Of a stretch of 64,000 nt of DNA, positions 57,701-64,000 are shown piece by piece. Below the pieces are notes generated by a model. The model did not search any database. It saw nothing but the letters and a program-made list of their open reading frames with translations, and was not told the DNA's origin. Position 1 is the stretch's first letter. Every line of letters begins with the position of its first letter. The DNA is from Pseudomonadota bacterium (GTDB lineage: Bacteria; Pseudomonadota; Gammaproteobacteria; Burkholderiales; Gallionellaceae), in assembly GCA_049321355.1 (NCBI GenBank), contig JBMOPZ010000040.1:59410-123409 (forward strand). The letters are read 5' to 3'. Made by a program: the position numbers and the translations under genes.

Positions 57701-60199
57701 TCATATTTCATACATTAAGTTTGATCCCGAAGATTCTGCCTGCTCATCTGCTGCCTGACGCTTAACAAGCGCGACAAACTCTTCCACAGGAAGCGGCATC
57801 CCGAACAAATAGCCCTGATACAACATACAGCCCGTCTGCGCCAGGAAATCCCGGTTCTGCCGGGTCTCGACACCCTCGGCAATCACCTCCATCCCCAGCG
57901 ATTTTGCCATCAACACAATGGTCTGAACGATGGCCGCATCGGTATGCGTTTCTTCCATATTGCGTACAAATGACTGGTCTATCTTCAGCTGATCCAGCGG
58001 CAACTTGGTCAGATAGGACAACGATGAGTAACCCGTACCAAAGTCATCCATGGAAAAGCGTATGCCGCCTTTTCTGAGCGCCTGCATCTTATCCACGGTA
58101 TCGGAGACATCGTCAAGCATGATACTTTCTGTCAATTCCAGCTTGAGGCGTAGCGGGTTCACTTCATATTGCAGCAACAACTCCTGAATATGCTCGACAA
58201 AATTCGCCTGACGGAACTGTAACGCACTGACATTGATGGCGAGATCAATGTGTTTCAACAGCGGATCGCGCGCCCATTCGTACAGTTGCTGCATGGCTGT
58301 TTCCAACACCCATTCACCTATCGGCAAAATCAAATTGGTCTCCTCCGCCAAGGGAATAAAGTCGCTTGGTAACACCATGCCGTCCTTACCATGCTGCCAA
58401 CGCAATAGAATTTCGGCGCCGATGATGCGCCCCTGCCGGTTGACCTGCTGCTGGTAATGCAATCTGAATTCTTTGCGCGCCAAGGCATTACGCAGGTCAA
58501 TTTCACGCTGCGCGCGCAACTCCAGTTCGTGTTGCATACCGGGATCGAAGAAACACAAACGATTACGCCCATTCTTCTTGGCGGCATACATCGCCATATC
58601 CGCCTGTTTGAGAAGATCATTGGGGTTCTGTTGCTGCCCGATAAAGGTGGTAATGCCGACGCTGGATGAGCCATGATGCGTATGTCCGTCAAGGTAATAC
58701 GGTTGGTTAGTCAATTCCAGCAACTTCTCCCCTACCGACCGCGCCTGCTGCACGGCGGTCTCATCCAGTTCGCTCAAGCCTTCCAGCAACACCACGAACT
58801 CATCACCGCCGAAACGTGCCACAGTATCGCATTCGCGCACACAGGACTGCAAACGCTTGGCGACCTCCATCAACAACATATCGCCCAACGCATGTCCCTT
58901 GGTATCATTCAGCGTCTTGAAATTATCCAGATCGAGAAACAACAAAGCACAGCGGTTTTCACTGATAGAGCCGCGCGCCACCGCCTGCTGCATCCGGTCA
59001 AACAGCAGGCGACGATTGGGAAGTTTGCTCAACTGGTCGTAAAAAGCCAGGTTATGGATTTCCCGCTCGGCGCGATTGCGTGCGGTCATATCAATAAAGG
59101 CAGCGAAGAAGTTGGTCACCCTACCGTCAGCACTCACAATCTTGCTGACGGTCAACAACTCCAGACGCGACTCACCGTTTTTGTGCTGCGTCCATAACTC
59201 CCCCTGCCAGTAATCATCCTGCTGGATGCTCCGCCACACGCCCCGATAAAAATCTTCATTCTGAATATCGGATTTGAGCATGGTCGGCCACTTGCCCATT
59301 ACCTCTTCCGCGCTATAACCGGTCAAATCGGTGAACGCCTGATTCACGCGCATCACCTTGCCACGCGCATCGGTCACCACCATCCCCTCATCCGACTCAA
59401 AGGCGACGGCCGCAATACGCAAGTCGGCATCGCGCGCCTCCAGCCCCGCCATCATCTGATTAAAGGCATCCGCCATTTCCACAATATCTTTAGGGCCGGA
59501 CGGTGCGATGCGCACCCCGGTTTGACCCGACTGCGCCAATCCCATCTTGGCCTCCAGACGCTGCAATGGCACCGTGATACGGTGCGTCAGGAACCTGATC
59601 AGCAACAAAAACAGCACGGCAAAAACGGCTGCCGTGGTCACATTACTGACAAAAATTTCCCGGCTGGTCGCCGCCAGAATCTCCTTGCTCAGCACCACCC
59701 TGACACTGCCGACCAGCTCGGGTTTACCCGCCTCAAGATTAAACGGTGAAGAACCGTCGTTGCTCGGCTTGGTATAAGCGGGGGCAACAAACATCCATGC
59801 GGCATTATTTTCCGCCGCCACCGCCATCTCCCCGAACGAGCCATTGGGTGATTGATTGAGAAAATCGCGATGTACCGAAGCAACATCCTGCAGCAACACC
59901 GTTTGGTCGAGATTGCGTACCTGCACCCCGACCACGCCCGGGAATGCCATGGTCGCCTTGGCCGCCACCTCGACATTCTCCGGTGACTGATACAGCAATG
60001 CCAACACACTTTGATGCGCCAAACTTTCTGTGATCCGCTCCCCCTGAGCCAATAAATCGGCACGCACACGCTGATTCACTTGCCAGGATGCCACCACGGA
60101 AATCGCCAGCGCCAGCAACACCACACCCAGGGTAATGGTCACGCTCAGCTCGCGCCGCAAGGTGAATTTACCGATCAATTTTGAAACAAACTGTCTCAT
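57701..60199 (-). CDS. Membrane HAMP-PAS-GGDEF-EAL c-di-GMP enzyme
   Basis: Two TMs around a periplasmic domain, HAMP, PAS, RECD I-site, RFGGDEF, EIL motif, DDFGTGYSS, EGVET. Confidence 0.93.
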   Translation of the reverse strand: MRQFVSKLIGKFTLRRELSVTITLGVVLLALAISVVASWQVNQRVRADLLAQGERITESLAHQSVLALLYQSPENVEVAAKATMAFPGVVGVQVRNLDQTVLLQDVASVHRDFLNQSPNGSFGEMAVAAENNAAWMFVAPAYTKPSNDGSSPFNLEAGKPELVGSVRVVLSKEILAATSREIFVSNVTTAAVFAVLFLLLIRFLTHRITVPLQRLEAKMGLAQSGQTGVRIAPSGPKDIVEMADAFNQMMAGLEARDADLRIAAVAFESDEGMVVTDARGKVMRVNQAFTDLTGYSAEEVMGKWPTMLKSDIQNEDFYRGVWRSIQQDDYWQGELWTQHKNGESRLELLTVSKIVSADGRVTNFFAAFIDMTARNRAEREIHNLAFYDQLSKLPNRRLLFDRMQQAVARGSISENRCALLFLDLDNFKTLNDTKGHALGDMLLMEVAKRLQSCVRECDTVARFGGDEFVVLLEGLSELDETAVQQARSVGEKLLELTNQPYYLDGHTHHGSSSVGITTFIGQQQNPNDLLKQADMAMYAAKKNGRNRLCFFDPGMQHELELRAQREIDLRNALARKEFRLHYQQQVNRQGRIIGAEILLRWQHGKDGMVLPSDFIPLAEETNLILPIGEWVLETAMQQLYEWARDPLLKHIDLAINVSALQFRQANFVEHIQELLLQYEVNPLRLKLELTESIMLDDVSDTVDKMQALRKGGIRFSMDDFGTGYSSLSYLTKLPLDQLKIDQSFVRNMEETHTDAAIVQTIVLMAKSLGMEVIAEGVETRQNRDFLAQTGCMLYQGYLFGMPLPVEEFVALVKRQAADEQAESSGSNLMYEI

Positions 60200-60212
60200 T
60201 GCTTACGCCTTG

Positions 60213-61200
60213 TCATTGCGCATAGGTGGTTGCAAAAACCACATTACTTGGCAATTCCAAACTGGCACGTTGCGCCGCACGTAAATTAACCGCGCCTTTC
60301 AGGTTACGCAACGGCATCATGCCGTTTTTGACACTTCGCGGTGATTTCAACAACTCCTTTGCCAGCCGCCCCAGGCTCTGCCCCATTGCTTGATTGTCCG
60401 GGTAGAACGAAAACAGGGCACCGCGCTTGACATGGGAAAAATTACTCGAAAAGACAACCACGCCTTTCTCCCATGACTCGCCGAGTACCATGGGAACAAC
60501 GGCACGCTCTTCCACCGTGGTGCTGTCCTGCGGCAACCACAGCGCATCACTACGCTGGTCGGCCTGTAAAAAGAACGCTCGGTAAAAACTCACCGCACTG
60601 CGCAAATCACGCGCCTCAAACGCATCCAACTGCAAACCGTAACGTTGCGCCGCCGCTTTTGCCAACTCAATCAGCCAGGCATTTTGCTCCGGGTTATATA
60701 CCACCACCACCCGCTTGGCGGCGGGCATCAGTGCCCGCAAACGCTCAAATAGTACGGACGGATCGGGCGCAAGGCTGAGCACCGGATGTTCGAGCATTTC
60801 ATATTCTTTCACCTCCAACACGCAACCCAGTATCAATGGCACACCACCCGCATCGACAATTTCCTCGGCACGCAAGCTCTGGTTACCCAGAAAAATTGCC
60901 ACTTTATCTCTGCTTGCACCCGCCTGCCGACTTCTCTCCAGCACAGCTGGCATCCGCGTCAAATCAGTATCATCCTGCAATGGGAATTTGGCAACCGCGC
61001 CGCCCATTTCCGCCTCGATGCCTTCAATCACCTGATCAAAAATTGCACTATAGGGCTGCTTGAGTTGCGGATAAATCACAGCGGCATCCGCCCAACTGAA
61101 AGCGGGAAATATCAACAGTGTCACCAAAAAACTGTGTAAAGCCCGGCGGCGCAAGCCGACGCAACGCGAAGCGTGGGTAGCGGCGAAACACTGAACCAGC
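60213..61200 (-). CDS. Periplasmic ABC-type substrate-binding-like protein (no transporter partner)
   Basis: Signal-like segment ending FSWA; VVVYNP, DALWLPQDST, KRGALFS motifs. Start uncertain because the ORF-track start lies inside a repeat. Confidence 0.7.
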
Positions 61201-61292
61201 CCGTTCGCCTCGAGCTTGCCGAAGGGCAAGCTTCGTGACGCGTTCATTGTGCATCGCCCGCTCATGGTTCGACAGGCTCACCACGAACGGAG
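61200..61292. repeat. Inverted REP-like doublet
   Basis: CCGTTCGCCTCGAGCTTGCCGAAGGG ... CTCATGGTTCGACAGGCTCACCACGAACGG; the second arm is a near-exact reverse complement of 50957-50986. Confidence 0.75.
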
Positions 61293-61414
61293 GGCTTATT
61301 CAGCAGCTCCCCAAGGGAATATCGCAATGCAGGCAAAGGACGTAACATTCTCATTGGCTATATCGGCATTGTTTATCGGTGCGGTGCAACAACATATCAA
61401 TACATCTGAAATCC

Positions 61415-61494
61415 GTAGGGTGGAAAAAGCGTAGCGTTTCCACCGATGAACAACGCTTGCCGGTGGATACGCGCTCGCGCTTTATCCACCCTAC
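61415..61494. repeat. Inverted REP doublet (GTAGGGTGGA..TCCACCCTAC)
   Basis: GTAGGGTGGAAAAAGCGTAGCGTTTCCACC ... GGTGGATACGCGCTCGCGCTTTATCCACCCTAC. Confidence 0.75.
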
Positions 61495-61525
61495 CTTTTT
61501 CTTAAAAGTTAACGGTGCCATGGCA

Positions 61526-63646
61526 TTAAAACCTGTGCCGCGTCTCGACTCGCCACTCCCGCCCGGCGAGCGGCAAGTCGTTCAAAATCGTCGCTCCCGG
61601 CACGAACGGCGACGGTTCGCGCGCATCGGCATTGAACAGATTGCGCACACTCACCGCAAACTCCCAATCTTGCGCCTCGCTTTCGTTGCGCAGTGTCACA
61701 TCCGTGGTGGTGAAATCGGCCACGTTGGCACGGGCATCACCCAGCACCCGCTTGCGCCCGCCCACATGGTTCAATTGACCGCTCACCGTCCAGCGCGGCA
61801 TAAACAACCAATCGCCGCGCGTGTACACCTGATAGTGCGGCGCGTTGCCGGCATCATGGTTGGTCGCGGTATCAATCGCGCGCTGCTGGGCAAAATTTCC
61901 GGTTACGCGCAAATTGGCCAGCGCATCCCACACCAGTTCCGCCTCGATGCCTTGACCGCGCTGTTGTCCGCTGTTTTGCGCGGTTGCACCGCCGCCAACT
62001 ATATTGGGCACAAAGCGCAAAATATCTTTCATGTTGTAGCGGAACACGTTGACACTGGTTCTCAGGGTGTTGCTCGGTCGCCAGGAAAATGCCGCTTCCC
62101 AAGTGTCAATCTCCTCCGGCTTCAAGTTGGGATTCCCCAACGCCACCGGATTATTGACGTTATACAACTCGGCAAAAGCGGGCGGTCGGAACGCCTGTCC
62201 ATACATCACTTTGGCGGTCATGTCATAGGACAAGTCCCACACCAGGGCGACGCGCGGATTGGTGGTGCCGCCAAAATCCGAATACTGATCGTGCCGCACC
62301 CCGGCAGTCAGATACCAGTCGCGTGCCAGATTCCACTCATCCTGGACGTAGGCGTAATGCACCTCGCGCTTGTGCGGTGTCAGGAATGGTGTGGTATTGG
62401 TCACATCGACCACCGACCCCAATGGGGAGGGCACAAAACTCGACGTGCCGCCTGGCGGTATCAGAAAAGGATGGATCGGTGCCCAGTTAAAATTCCTGCT
62501 TTCGCGCACACGATACAAATCATCCGTCTGCGTACCCGCGCCAAAGCGTAGCGAGTGATTCTTCAACCCCTTATAAAGCACCGAACCATTCAAGCGCAGA
62601 TGACGCTCCCATTTATCCGGGTTACCAATCACCCCGTTCGGGAAAGCCGGCACAGGCGGAAATACTGTCAAATCGAAAAATCCCGCCGGAAACAATGTCG
62701 CCCGCGTCTGTTCGATAATCTCCAGATAACTTGCCTGTGCGTTGACTTCCCAATCCCCGGCAAACTGCGGGTTGTTATAACTCAGATCGGCGGAAGTGCG
62801 TTCGCCAAAACTGGTTCCGGCGGGATCCAATGCCGATGCAATCCCCACGCCCGCCTGCCCTTTATCACGCTGTTGATACCCCAGACGCAAGTGCCAGTTC
62901 CCGGTAGCGGCATCAAAACGGGCATCCAGCGCGTCGCGCCCCAAATTTACCGCTCCCGGAGCGCGTGATGGCACACCCAGCGCACTGGCGGCATCGGCAT
63001 CAATGATGCGCTGCTGCCCTTGGGTCGTGCCAAAACGCGCGTATGCCGACACCGACACCCCGGCCAAACTACCCCCGTATTGCGCCCAGACATCACCGCT
63101 ATCAAACGATCCGCCACGCACACCGATTTCGCCGCCCTTGAGATCATCGGCGGTTTTGGTTACCAGATTGATGATGCCGGAAAAAGCGTCCGCACCGTAT
63201 AGTGCCGAACCCGGCCCGCGTATCACCTCGATGCGCTCGATATTCTCCAGCGGCATCCCCGCCCACACTTGCGAACGATTGCCAAAAAATATCCCGGTAA
63301 CCGGAATGCCGTTAATCAACATCAAGGCCTGCGGATTAAATGCGGTGTGAATGCCGCGTATGCTGTAAATGGGGTTATAGCCTATCGGCGAGCGCGACAC
63401 ATGCAGGCCGGGGATGGTTTCCAGCACCTCGTCCAGATCGGTCGCCCCCATCACCTTGATGTCGTGCGCGGTCACCACGCTGGACACCGACGGTGCACGG
63501 ATGACCGATTGCTTGCTGCCCGTCGCCAGCTCGACAAAGTCGATGTCGCCATAGGCCATCGCCAGCTCTTCTTCCTGCGTCAGTGCCGCCGCAGTGAGCG
63601 GCAATGCCGTGAGCAGTGCAATGATCGCTATTTTTTTCATCGCCAT
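61526..63646 (-). CDS. TonB-dependent outer-membrane receptor
   Basis: Signal peptide, plug motif IERIEVIRGPGSALYGADAFSGIINLVTK, amphipathic barrel strands, terminal RHRF. Confidence 0.92.
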   Translation of the reverse strand: MAMKKIAIIALLTALPLTAAALTQEEELAMAYGDIDFVELATGSKQSVIRAPSVSSVVTAHDIKVMGATDLDEVLETIPGLHVSRSPIGYNPIYSIRGIHTAFNPQALMLINGIPVTGIFFGNRSQVWAGMPLENIERIEVIRGPGSALYGADAFSGIINLVTKTADDLKGGEIGVRGGSFDSGDVWAQYGGSLAGVSVSAYARFGTTQGQQRIIDADAASALGVPSRAPGAVNLGRDALDARFDAATGNWHLRLGYQQRDKGQAGVGIASALDPAGTSFGERTSADLSYNNPQFAGDWEVNAQASYLEIIEQTRATLFPAGFFDLTVFPPVPAFPNGVIGNPDKWERHLRLNGSVLYKGLKNHSLRFGAGTQTDDLYRVRESRNFNWAPIHPFLIPPGGTSSFVPSPLGSVVDVTNTTPFLTPHKREVHYAYVQDEWNLARDWYLTAGVRHDQYSDFGGTTNPRVALVWDLSYDMTAKVMYGQAFRPPAFAELYNVNNPVALGNPNLKPEEIDTWEAAFSWRPSNTLRTSVNVFRYNMKDILRFVPNIVGGGATAQNSGQQRGQGIEAELVWDALANLRVTGNFAQQRAIDTATNHDAGNAPHYQVYTRGDWLFMPRWTVSGQLNHVGGRKRVLGDARANVADFTTTDVTLRNESEAQDWEFAVSVRNLFNADAREPSPFVPGATILNDLPLAGREWRVETRHRF

Positions 63647-63652
63647 CCCTCC

Positions 63653-64000
63653 TTATTCACGCCAGCGGCGGCGCGCCACGCCATGATACGCCAATCCCCG
63701 GCAGGGCAGCGGAAACACCGCCCCCGTTGGTTTGGCTGCCGCCTCGATATAACCCGGCGGCATCCCCGCCAAAAATACGGGTACCGCCACCAGATAGTAT
63801 TCACGCGGCGACATCTCCATGTCCGCACAAATTGCTGCGGTCAGCGCGACCACATTCATCTGCCAGCGCCAACGGCCATTTTTGAGTATCTCTTCCACCG
63901 CAAATGCCAGCTTAAGATAAGCACCGTTCTCCAAGCCCTGTTCACGCACGATTGCCATCAAGGGTGGGATACGCTCATCCGAGGCAACGATGGGTCGCCC
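63653..64000 (-). CDS. Citrate-synthase-fold-like protein, 3' part (truncated by window edge)
   Basis: Frame open to the edge: GRPIVASDERIPP..MNVVALTAAICADM..SPRE..LAGMPPGYIEA, resembling the C-terminal half of citrate synthase/citryl-CoA lyase folds with altered catalytic positions. Confidence 0.6.
   Translation of the reverse strand, partial: GRPIVASDERIPPLMAIVREQGLENGAYLKLAFAVEEILKNGRWRWQMNVVALTAAICADMEMSPREYYLVAVPVFLAGMPPGYIEAAAKPTGAVFPLPCRGLAYHGVARRRWRE

Noticed and set aside
56195-60199. Functional link between yajQ (a c-di-GMP binder in some species) and the GGDEF-EAL gene
   Set aside because: The genes are convergent and separated by yajL and a repeat cluster; yajQ sits in a housekeeping context.

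Overview
A 64-kb betaproteobacterial chromosomal segment. A Gallionellaceae-like origin is inferred from gene content and order, chiefly a split-ActB alternative complex III. Most of the window is housekeeping: an ABC transporter (phnCDE/putative selenate type), kup, an M17 peptidase, thyA-folA, mscS, an ACIII operon joined to sspAB, greB, glnB, guaBA, ruvB-ybgC-tolQRAB-pal-cpoB-queEC-tRNA-Lys, rpmE, the assimilatory sulfate reduction cluster, murJ, rpsT, argD/F/G, ppnP, yajQ and yajL. Three regions stand out. (1) Bases 1-2340 hold a decayed, integrase-less array of integron-like cassettes: a TIR-domain gene, a UDG-family gene, and hicAB with a nonsense-broken toxin. The cassettes carry matching core/inverse-core sites and an attI-like leader. 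(2) The right end is a putative signalling operon: non-canonical citrate-synthase-fold gene, TonB-dependent receptor, orphan periplasmic binding protein, and HAMP-PAS-GGDEF-EAL protein. (3) ACIII sits where petABC normally precedes sspAB. Smaller signals include a pyruvate kinase fragment between thyA and folA, a synonymously diverged duplicate of the argF 3' end, a triheme lipoprotein with an EF-hand-like loop, two unannotated micro-ORFs, a CRISPR-spaced REP-derived mini-array, and many REP-like repeats. All calls come from reading the sequence and ORF track; no database searches were run.
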